Shown here piece after piece: positions 57,253 to 64,000 of a stretch of DNA of 64,000 nt. Each line of letters begins with the position of its first letter. Position 1 is the first letter of the stretch. Source of the stretch: a virus; the IMG/VR virus record IMGVR_UViG_3300033233_000020, positions 1 through 64,000 of that record. One strand, given 5' to 3'. Below the pieces are notes generated by a model. It saw only the letters and a program-made list of their open reading frames with translations. It searched no databases and was not told where the DNA came from. The position numbers and the translations under genes were made by a program.

Positions 57253-57317
57253 GTCCGTAAACACGGCACTGGGAGGTGTAAGTCCTCCCCCAGTTATTAC
57301 CACCCACTGAGGGTGGT
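57247..57317 (+). ncRNA. Structured repeat family I, copy 3
   Basis: AACTG/CAGTT; CCGT/ACGG; GGGAGG-TGTAAGT-CCTCCC; ACCACCC-ACTGA-GGGTGGT. Confidence 0.7.
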
Positions 57318-57330
57318 TACACCACTGACC

Positions 57331-57483
57331 ATGGCTATCCGCAAAGCTATCGCCACTCAACTCTCCAATGCTGCCAAGGCTTTGGAGAAAGACCAGACTA
57401 AAGAGCAAGCCGGTAGGTTAATCAACAGCATGCGCATTGGCTTAGCTAATGTCATCATGCCTAACATACCGCTGGCTAAATAG
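57331..57483 (+). CDS. Small early protein, 50 aa
   Basis: MAIRKAIATQLSNAAK...; follows family I copy 3. Confidence 0.55.
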   Translation: MAIRKAIATQLSNAAKALEKDQTKEQAGRLINSMRIGLANVIMPNIPLAK

Positions 57484-57543
57484 TACGCACGTACTACTCC
57501 CCTCCCACCCGCAAGGGTGGGCACACACCCCTAACTAATCACC

Positions 57544-57729
57544 ATGCTTCAACCTATTCTTGCGATTGTCATGGGCACTGGTGCTGGCATGCTTCTAACC
57601 GTCGCCGGGCAGAAGCTACTCAACCAGCATTACCAGGAAACATGCCCATCCAAACCTACACATCAGCTAGTATCTATCACCAGCTTTATCGGTGATGCAG
57701 ACTACTGTATCAACAAGAGTTGGCTCTGA
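57544..57729 (+). CDS. Small membrane early protein
   Basis: N-terminal hydrophobic helix. Confidence 0.55.
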   Translation: MLQPILAIVMGTGAGMLLTVAGQKLLNQHYQETCPSKPTHQLVSITSFIGDADYCINKSWL

Positions 57730-57736
57730 CACTTCT

Positions 57737-57763
57737 TGTCCTAAGCATGACATTAAACTGCTA
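57737..57763 (+). ncRNA. Pseudoknot repeat family II, copy 1
   Basis: TGTC-CTAAGCAT-GACA-TTAAAC-TGCT. Confidence 0.65.
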
Positions 57764-57791
57764 CCAACTCAACCTAACCCAACTAAAGACC

Positions 57792-58004
57792 ATGTCTCAA
57801 TCTATTTTCGAAATTGAAAACGCATACGTATGCGTCGTGAATGGTGAACCAGAACTATTTGAGACACAACAACAAGCAGAAGATCATGCCATGGAACTTA
57901 GCTTTGCATGGTATGACGCACAGCTTGATGTCCCTGCTCCGCGATTAGCAGTTATGTCAGTCACCAACTGGCTAAACCTGCAATCACGATTAGCACTCGT
58001 CTGA
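57792..58004 (+). CDS. Early hypothetical protein
   Basis: ATG downstream of the pseudoknot. Confidence 0.55.
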   Translation: MSQSIFEIENAYVCVVNGEPELFETQQQAEDHAMELSFAWYDAQLDVPAPRLAVMSVTNWLNLQSRLALV

Positions 58005-58058
58005 TGTTTGCCCAGAGGGCTTCGGCCCTCTCTGCAGATTTCATATCTGCTACTCAAC
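58001..58058 (+). ncRNA. Twin-hairpin repeat family III, copy 1
   Basis: AGAGGGC-TTCG-GCCCTCT; GCAGAT-TTCAT-ATCTGC. Confidence 0.55.
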
Positions 58059-58077
58059 TACAACCCAACTAGGAACT

Positions 58078-58320
58078 ATGTCTCCTTCAAGCGTTGAACA
58101 TCTACTCACCCAGCAAGCTCGCCTTCTGGCACGTAGAGAAACACCAGTCATCGACCAAGAGCTTGAGAACTTACGCCAATCGGCATTGGAAGTATTCTTC
58201 CAGTGGCAAGATGGCTTATGTGAGTTCCAAGATCTAACACCTTTCGTTGCCATCCTTGAGAAGAAGGTTGATCTCAACCAGTCACTACTCAAGTGGGAAC
58301 AAGAACACATCACTGACTGA
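58078..58320 (+). CDS. Early hypothetical protein
   Basis: ORF with AGGA upstream. Confidence 0.6.
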   Translation: MSPSSVEHLLTQQARLLARRETPVIDQELENLRQSALEVFFQWQDGLCEFQDLTPFVAILEKKVDLNQSLLKWEQEHITD

Positions 58321-58322
58321 TC

Positions 58323-58496
58323 ATGGAACAGTTAACTCTTCAACAAACGGCATTACTCAACCGTTACCACCGTATTTATGCGGCATGGTTAAAGGTTGAG
58401 ACTTATGAAATGGATGTCATGCTCTGCGCAGCTTACGCTTCCGCACTTGACACCTGCCTTGCTGCTGACTTTAATCCTTTTGATTACCCTGAATAG
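58323..58496 (+). CDS. Small early protein
   Basis: 57-aa ORF filling the gap. Confidence 0.5.
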   Translation: MEQLTLQQTALLNRYHRIYAAWLKVETYEMDVMLCAAYASALDTCLAADFNPFDYPE

Positions 58497-58497
58497 A

Positions 58498-58560
58498 CTG
58501 ATCTCTGCACTTAACCCTGAGTAACACCAGGGCTTTCTGCAGGGTTCACCCCTGCTCAAC
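58498..58560 (+). ncRNA. Twin-hairpin repeat family III, copy 2
   Basis: CCCTG/CAGGG; GCAGGG-TTCAC-CCCTGC. Confidence 0.55.
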
Positions 58561-58581
58561 ACTCACATCATTCACAGCACC

Positions 58582-58815
58582 ATGAAAGCATTACTCCTTG
58601 CATTAGTTCTGACAACACCCGCCATTGCTCAATCTATTGATCCTATTGCATATGGCGAAAGGTATTGTCTATTACGTAAATTGAATATTGATTCTGCAAC
58701 GGCACGTAAAACTGCTGTTGAATACAGCTATGATACACACCGTAGCCTGGTAAATAGCAAAGAAGATATTTCTGCTGCTGCTAAATACACAGTTAAGAAC
58801 TGTCCTGACTTCTAA
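58582..58815 (+). CDS. Small secreted-type early protein
   Basis: Signal peptide MKALLLALVLTTPAIA. Confidence 0.65.
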   Translation: MKALLLALVLTTPAIAQSIDPIAYGERYCLLRKLNIDSATARKTAVEYSYDTHRSLVNSKEDISAAAKYTVKNCPDF

Positions 58816-58844
58816 CCTGAACTACTCACACCTTTGTTAACAGC

Positions 58845-59036
58845 ATGAAACAAATCATCTCACTTGGTAACAACCGCTACATTCACCTAGACACTTATGG
58901 TGGATACAGGGAATCCCCTCTGTCTAAACTCGTCATGACAACCCTTGTACTAGCTATTGCAGGAATTACTGCAGGAGCTATGGTTGGCATTGACAGCACC
59001 AAGATCAACCCACCTACTCAACACCAAACCAAATGA
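58845..59036 (+). CDS. Small membrane protein
   Basis: TM helix. Confidence 0.55.
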   Translation: MKQIISLGNNRYIHLDTYGGYRESPLSKLVMTTLVLAIAGITAGAMVGIDSTKINPPTQHQTK

Positions 59037-59266
59037 ACACCTATGTAGCACTCATTGCAGATGACAGTGGCAGATACTGTCACGTCTATGGCACTGCAAA
59101 CACATGGCATAATTACGTAGACCAACTCGAAGAGCTGGGCTGCGAAGTTGTCGAAAATCAAACCGACGACTATGACATACAAGACCTTGGTACCATCGAC
59201 GATGAAATAGGCGTGGTACCCATCACCAAGCTACTAACATCCACTGACTTTATCCCCTGCAGATAA
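59033..59266 (+). CDS. Early hypothetical protein
   Basis: Coupled ORF. Confidence 0.55.
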   Translation: MNTYVALIADDSGRYCHVYGTANTWHNYVDQLEELGCEVVENQTDDYDIQDLGTIDDEIGVVPITKLLTSTDFIPCR

Positions 59267-59640
59267 TGAATAACCCACAACATCCCATCACCCCACCGCC
59301 GGAGCTGGTGCAGCAGTGGTTGTGCTCAGACGACTACCTGTGGGGTCCGCTTGAGCAGACGTCCATCACCATCACGACCAACCGGCTCCAGAACGTCGCC
59401 GCCCAAGCCGCCCAATGGGGCGCCGACCAGGAGCTGGAGGGGTGTTGTAGGTGGTTGCCGAAGCTACCCCCGTGGAGCGCAAACGACCTGCGCAAGCATC
59501 GCCGCCCCAAGCCGCCGAGCTTGAAGGAGCAGGCGCTAACTGCGCTACACGCTGTTGCAACAGGATCTAATGACACCCGTGAGCAACACCAAGACCTTGA
59601 CACTATTCGCCAAGCATTAGAGGCATTACCTAATGACTGA
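59266..59640 (+). CDS. GC-rich mosaic cyanophage protein (ITPPPELVQQW...AAQWGADQELE...RPKPPSLKEQAL)
   Basis: Locally GC-rich; shares 22 bp with 11602-11623. Confidence 0.7.
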   Translation: MNNPQHPITPPPELVQQWLCSDDYLWGPLEQTSITITTNRLQNVAAQAAQWGADQELEGCCRWLPKLPPWSANDLRKHRRPKPPSLKEQALTALHAVATGSNDTREQHQDLDTIRQALEALPND

Positions 59641-59842
59641 ACGTGAAAACTTCTACAAGTGGATAAAAACCTGTCCACTTACTGACTACAAAATATGTGA
59701 GGCAACTCTAACTTCTGTGTCATATGAATTTAACTTCAACACTGTTGAACCAGACATTGATCAACTCATTGATGATGTATTGATTCATCTAGAGAAATAG
59801 CCAATACTACCCATGTATTGGCACATCTTCTAATACATAACC

Positions 59843-59869
59843 AGACCTGAGCATGTCTATAAACTGCTC
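59843..59869 (+). ncRNA. Pseudoknot repeat family II, copy 2
   Basis: AGAC-CTGAGCAT-GTCT-ATAAAC-TGCTC, with a compensatory stem change relative to other copies. Confidence 0.7.
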
Positions 59870-59900
59870 CGCAAAACCCACATTCAATCCCCTGCAAATC

Positions 59901-60101
59901 ATGCAATCAACCTCTGACTTCATTGATGAGCAACGCAATGCTGACATGCTTGATGCACTGGCAGACATTGCATACGAACAAGAACAAGCTATGCGTGAAT
60001 CCGAGCAAAGCGATTGGGATGGCATCGATGAAATATCTGATGCCGAACGCAATGCTTGTGATCACTACAACGAACGTTATGTAATCACTACCCATGACTA
60101 A
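59901..60101 (+). CDS. Acidic early protein
   Basis: ATG after the pseudoknot. Confidence 0.55.
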   Translation: MQSTSDFIDEQRNADMLDALADIAYEQEQAMRESEQSDWDGIDEISDAERNACDHYNERYVITTHD

Positions 60102-60191
60102 CAAAGCACCACAAGATGAGGATCTAATACTCATCGCTGTAGCAATCTGCTACACACTATTCACTTTACTATTCCAACTCATTTCAGAACT

Positions 60192-60551
60192 ATGGCACTC
60201 CTACCTGAACAACTACTCATTGCCGAAGTCGTTGGCTACGAACCCGTCACCAATGACGAAGGCATGCAACAATACCCAGCCGACGTTGACTTTCAAGATG
60301 CACCCAAAGGTGCCATCCCCTGTACAGGAAACGTCTACAAGAACAAGAAGGGCGTCCTCCGTTGCTACTGGATTCCAGCCGGTGGCAACTACTCGTCAGA
60401 GGAAGGGGACGAACTCACAGGTTGGTACGACGTACCTGACCTCGAAGACATCGAAGAATGGACTTTCGACTCAGTCTGCTTCACACCCTGTGACGACGAA
60501 GTCGAACCTGACCACCCCGATAGCTGGCTAAGTATCCTTGGCCTTATCTAA
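60192..60551 (+). CDS. Acidic hypothetical protein
   Basis: EEWTFDSVCFTP.D.VEPDHPDSWLSILGLI C-terminus. Confidence 0.65.
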   Translation: MALLPEQLLIAEVVGYEPVTNDEGMQQYPADVDFQDAPKGAIPCTGNVYKNKKGVLRCYWIPAGGNYSSEEGDELTGWYDVPDLEDIEEWTFDSVCFTPCDDEVEPDHPDSWLSILGLI

Positions 60552-60568
60552 TTAATTAGATTACGCAT

Positions 60569-60775
60569 TTAAGGAGCAAACTTCTGCATTTGATTTAATA
60601 ATCTAATATCTGCTTGTTTTTTTATTACAGGAATGCTTTCATTATTTACAATAGACTCTAAAAAGCTTATCACTTTATCTTGCGATGGCATAGAACCATG
60701 AGCTTTCATGTATTCTTGTTGCCATCCTTGCAGAAAAGGACTATTACTTATTGAATATCGACCAGCAATTAACAT
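60569..60775 (-). CDS. AT-rich hypothetical protein, inverted in the early block
   Basis: The only plausible ORF in this gap. Confidence 0.4.
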   Translation of the reverse strand: MLIAGRYSISNSPFLQGWQQEYMKAHGSMPSQDKVISFLESIVNNESIPVIKKQADIRLLNQMQKFAP

Positions 60776-60881
60776 CTTATTTACACTATAGATGTTAATA
60801 TTTTAACCCTGGGCAACCACAATCGCTAAGCACATAGCTTAGAAAGATATGGTGTAAGTCCCAGGATCAACCCTCAATTCA

Positions 60882-61166
60882 ATGCAAACCTACCCCGAGT
60901 ATCCAGTGTCTGACCACGCAAACATCCTACGCATCATCAAGGAACTCAACGAGATCCTTACACGTGAATCCAAGCGTTACGAAATGGATGAGCACCTGAC
61001 TCCATCTATGCGCAGCTTATTGGAGGAGGAGATCATTCCTGCACTAGAGAATGAAATCAATTGGGAACCAAGTGATGCAGACCTTGGCTATGGTGGTGAA
61101 CCACCTATGACTGCTGATGAAATGCACACTGCTGCATGGCAACAGCACCAAGAACTACATAGGTGA
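60882..61166 (+). CDS. Early hypothetical protein
   Basis: ORF after a structured leader. Confidence 0.6.
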   Translation: MQTYPEYPVSDHANILRIIKELNEILTRESKRYEMDEHLTPSMRSLLEEEIIPALENEINWEPSDADLGYGGEPPMTADEMHTAAWQQHQELHR

Positions 61167-61209
61167 GATACTTGTAATCCGAGTAACTACCATCTATTCA
61201 TAATCCGAA

Positions 61210-61268
61210 TAACAAAGGGCTGGTACGCATTAGTACCTAAGCCTGGTGCGGCCAGGCACCCTTTGTTA
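61210..61268 (+). ncRNA. Candidate three-way-junction RNA in a non-coding gap
   Basis: TAACAAAGGG/CCCTTTGTTA closes GGTAC/GTACC and GCCTGG/CCAGGC hairpins. Confidence 0.5.
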
Positions 61269-61525
61269 AACGACGGAATCCCAACGGGAAGAATAGATCA
61301 CTGGCCAGTGAGGTCTCGAGAACCACACAAAGTCTAACTTTTAATCAAACTTAACTAACTCAGTACAAATACCCAATGAGACTAAGAGATCCCCCCTGCA
61401 CCCCCCTGGCAACCCACCACCAGCACTATTAGATTTAGAAGTAAGTCCCATGTAATACACATAAGACTTACTTGCTCTTCCTTGACATCCCTGATAGACT
61501 ACCAACTCATTCACCCACTCATCTC

Positions 61526-61753
61526 ATGCCACTCATGTCACCACTCAACGACGCACCTAAGCCACGCATTCCAGATGCCATCGACAAGCAACGGCTGCAA
61601 GCAATGCAGCTCGTAGCAAAGATGAAAGAATCTGCGGATAAGTACGGCGTTGGTTTCGTCGGCGGCTTCATCAGCCCCAACGGACAAAAGTTCATGATGA
61701 CAAACATGAACGAAGATGACACCAACGCACTCTTGCCGGATGACCTTAAGTGA
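61526..61753 (+). CDS. Early hypothetical protein
   Basis: Follows a TTGCTC-17-TAGACT promoter-like sequence at 61472-61500. Confidence 0.6.
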   Translation: MPLMSPLNDAPKPRIPDAIDKQRLQAMQLVAKMKESADKYGVGFVGGFISPNGQKFMMTNMNEDDTNALLPDDLK

Positions 61754-61989
61754 TTTACAAATCAATCACTGATCGTTACGAAAAGATATGGCAGATTACT
61801 GCAGAGGTAATTGCCCATCCTCACCGTACGATTACACCTCATGACAAACATCGTGCAACCGTTCTCATCAGCTTCTTATCCGGAGATGATGAGATGGTTG
61901 AATACATTCATTCTCAAATGAATGAAGATGATTTCAAACAGACCAAACAAATCCGCACCTTTGTACATGACAAAAAAATCACCCATTAA
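61750..61989 (+). CDS. Early hypothetical protein
   Basis: Coupled ORF. Confidence 0.5.
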   Translation: MIYKSITDRYEKIWQITAEVIAHPHRTITPHDKHRATVLISFLSGDDEMVEYIHSQMNEDDFKQTKQIRTFVHDKKITH

Positions 61990-62164
61990 CTTTGACAGAA
62001 CCATCGCAGGTGTCAACATCACCGAGAATGGTATCAAGTCGTACACTAAATCGTTTCAGCTTGGTCCCTTCCAGCTGACACTTAATGCTCGTGACTCTGG
62101 CGTACATGGATCTATATCCTTGCCAGGCACAGGCTTGAGTAAGAGAAACATTAAGATAATCTAA
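61967..62164 (+). CDS. DUF4236-like protein
   Basis: KSFQLGPFQLTLN...SISLPGTGLS. Confidence 0.6.
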   Translation: MTKKSPINFDRTIAGVNITENGIKSYTKSFQLGPFQLTLNARDSGVHGSISLPGTGLSKRNIKII

Positions 62165-62168
62165 AGAT

Positions 62169-62197
62169 ACGTCCTGAGTATGACGTTAAACTGCTCA
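62169..62197 (+). ncRNA. Pseudoknot repeat family II, copy 3
   Basis: ACGTC-CTGAGTAT-GACGT-TAAAC-TGCTCA. Confidence 0.75.
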
Positions 62198-62222
62198 TCA
62201 CTCACCTTCAACTACCACTGCA

Positions 62223-62417
62223 ATGACTACAGCAAAACCATTTGAATCTAATCTCAACATACTTGACCGCGTTCATGTTGCAAATTGTGCAGCAGAACGT
62301 GCACGTATGTACTGCACCGATACCGAAAGGTTCAACGGTGAGTTTGCTACAGTACGCATGTGGACAAACTACAAGTGTTTCATCTCGAACTACGGTAGCT
62401 ACGTAGAAACTTACTAA
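62223..62417 (+). CDS. Early hypothetical protein
   Basis: ORF after the pseudoknot. Confidence 0.55.
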   Translation: MTTAKPFESNLNILDRVHVANCAAERARMYCTDTERFNGEFATVRMWTNYKCFISNYGSYVETY

Positions 62418-62674
62418 TGTCTGTCTTATCTATTCACGACACATCAATTGATAACAACCATGTCACAGTTACAGCAGTTGTGGAAGACATGCATCTCCTA
62501 CGCAGAGCAACTCGCGATGACCCTGATCAATGGGGTCCAGGCCTTTGTTCAACATCTTTTGAACTGGCTGACGACCAATCAATCCCTACTGATGAAGATG
62601 GCTTCTGCAGCTATCTTGATCAGCTTGACCCCCAATGGCAACTCGTTGACCTCTCTGATCGCTACCTAACATGA
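62417..62674 (+). CDS. Early hypothetical protein
   Basis: Coupled ORF. Confidence 0.6.
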   Translation: MSVLSIHDTSIDNNHVTVTAVVEDMHLLRRATRDDPDQWGPGLCSTSFELADDQSIPTDEDGFCSYLDQLDPQWQLVDLSDRYLT

Positions 62675-62874
62675 TTGGCTTCTCCTTTGAATTCAAACGA
62701 TGGTATGTAGTAGTACGTGGCCCCAAGGGTACCGTCTACTTAGCCTTTGGCTTTGCTAAGCAAATGCCTGTGTTCACACCAGCTAAAACTATGACTCTCC
62801 AAGAGTACATAGATGATTACAATGATGCCATCGTATTCACTAACGAAAGTGGTGAAGAGTTAATGCGCATCTAA
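62671..62874 (+). CDS. Early hypothetical protein
   Basis: Coupled ORF. Confidence 0.55.
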   Translation: MIGFSFEFKRWYVVVRGPKGTVYLAFGFAKQMPVFTPAKTMTLQEYIDDYNDAIVFTNESGEELMRI

Positions 62875-62878
62875 TCTA

Positions 62879-62907
62879 ACGTCCTGAGTATGACGTTAAA
62901 CTGCTCA
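62879..62907 (+). ncRNA. Pseudoknot repeat family II, copy 4 (identical to copy 3)
   Basis: Exact 29-bp repeat of 62169-62197. Confidence 0.75.
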
Positions 62908-62933
62908 CACAATAAATCCACCCTTAACTCACC

Positions 62934-64000
62934 ATGCAGTTCCAACTACCCACAAATTTACAAACTGAGTTGATTGCGTATGATCCACAGCTCAAGGCTT
63001 TGGCTCGTACTCAAAAGCAATCAACAACCAAGAAATCTAAATACCCACTGGGTAATCCTATTGATCTTATCCCTAATGAAATCATTACAGCAGAGAGAGT
63101 ACAAGATGCCATTGATGCAATCAACAAGGCACCAGCCCCTGGTCGTTACCGCGAGTTCACCAAAGTAACGTCGACAGGTACAATAACCCACGCAGTCCTT
63201 TACCACTACGAACAAGTATGGTACGCAGCCTGGCTGCCACCTAAGGGCAAGGAAGCTGACTATATCTATGGCTATACCTATGCATACAAAGATACAGCTA
63301 CTGTACGCAAGTTATTGCCACGTGCTTTAAACATGGCAAAAGATGATTGTGTAAACAAACCATCTGGTAGATGTACGTTTGTTACTTATACACAACAAGT
63401 AACCAAACAAGATGTCATCAATGGAAGAGATACATATAATTGGAACATACCAAACATGCAACGATACGCGCAAAAATCACAAAATATGCGCGAACCTATT
63501 GATCGTTTTGAAAACCAAATTGAAATGTCTATACCTCAATGGAAAGACTCTAGAAATATATTCGAACGTATCAAAACCACATGTATTGCAGAGTTATTTA
63601 CACGTGATTTCCATACTGAATACTGGAAAGACATAAACAAATCCAAGTGGTTACCTTCTGTTGATATTATCTTTAGCTTTATTAACAACCAAGATGTACA
63701 CAGCTCATACAACTTATTCGCTGAAGATCTTTATGGTTATAAAAGTATCTTGCACATATTAGATACACCATACTTTCGTAAGTGGATCCAAAACAAATGC
63801 AATGAATCTATAGAATCATTTAACAATCCAGATACTGATACAAAGATATCAATTACACAACCATGGCTTATGATCTTTCATCTGTGTAAACAGATCAAAA
63901 CCGTACACAATATCTGGGGAAATGCATGTCCTCTTGATTACTATCAAACAAACCTCAATGCTTTACTCAGTGTTAGTTATAACTCTGGTTACAGTAAAGA
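62934..64000 (+). CDS. Large hypothetical protein (truncated by window edge)
   Basis: Not in the ORF track; frame is open from ATG 62934 (MQFQLPTNLQTELIAYDP...) to the window end by hand translation. Confidence 0.75.
   Translation, partial: MQFQLPTNLQTELIAYDPQLKALARTQKQSTTKKSKYPLGNPIDLIPNEIITAERVQDAIDAINKAPAPGRYREFTKVTSTGTITHAVLYHYEQVWYAAWLPPKGKEADYIYGYTYAYKDTATVRKLLPRALNMAKDDCVNKPSGRCTFVTYTQQVTKQDVINGRDTYNWNIPNMQRYAQKSQNMREPIDRFENQIEMSIPQWKDSRNIFERIKTTCIAELFTRDFHTEYWKDINKSKWLPSVDIIFSFINNQDVHSSYNLFAEDLYGYKSILHILDTPYFRKWIQNKCNESIESFNNPDTDTKISITQPWLMIFHLCKQIKTVHNIWGNACPLDYYQTNLNALLSVSYNSGYSK

Noticed and set aside
56671-57317. tRNA genes or twister-sister ribozymes
   Set aside because: There is a T-loop-like arm, but no anticodon arm or 7-bp acceptor stem, and the twister-sister GCAA/GCUCA internal loop is not in the required place.
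62169-62907. CRISPR array from the exact 29-bp repeat
   Set aside because: Only two exact copies, 710 bp apart with whole ORFs between them, and no cas genes.
57737-62907. Pistol or hammerhead ribozyme for family II
   Set aside because: It shares a stem-loop-UAAA pseudoknot start with pistol but lacks P2/P3 and the catalytic core, and it has no CUGANGA/GAAA hammerhead core.

Overview
The whole window is cyanophage DNA, and it appears to be two different phage genomes joined inside a tail-fibre gene. The left part (1 to ~18.7 kb, visibly GC-rich) resembles a small Synechococcus/Cyanobium siphovirus. It carries a Prim-Pol/PriCT-2/VirE-type primase-helicase (partial), an RHH regulator, an SNF2 helicase plus DNA methyltransferase, an SF2 helicase, VRR-NUC, a RecE-like exonuclease, a Bet recombinase, SSB, an RlpA-like protein, a sigma70-type factor, a GH24+M15 endolysin, holin-like genes and a tail-fibre C-terminus. 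The right part (~18.7 to 64 kb, AT-richer) is a second, larger cyanophage. It carries Thr/Gly-rich fibres, dCTP deaminase, an NblA-like protein, a second GH24 lysozyme, HNH nucleases, SLT-like and circularly permuted M23 hydrolases, major capsid, scaffold, portal, terminase, a long block of orphan virion-like genes, and an early region (56-64 kb) of small + strand ORFs. The most unusual signal is non-coding. Many early-region intergenic gaps hold one of four families of repeated, covarying RNA structures: compact H-type pseudoknots, T-loop three-way junctions, twin-hairpin switches and GGGGCUGCG leaders. A same-geometry pseudoknot occurs in the left phage, and a riboswitch-like leader precedes a 38-aa peptide. 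All assignments come from reading motifs by eye; no database searches were run.
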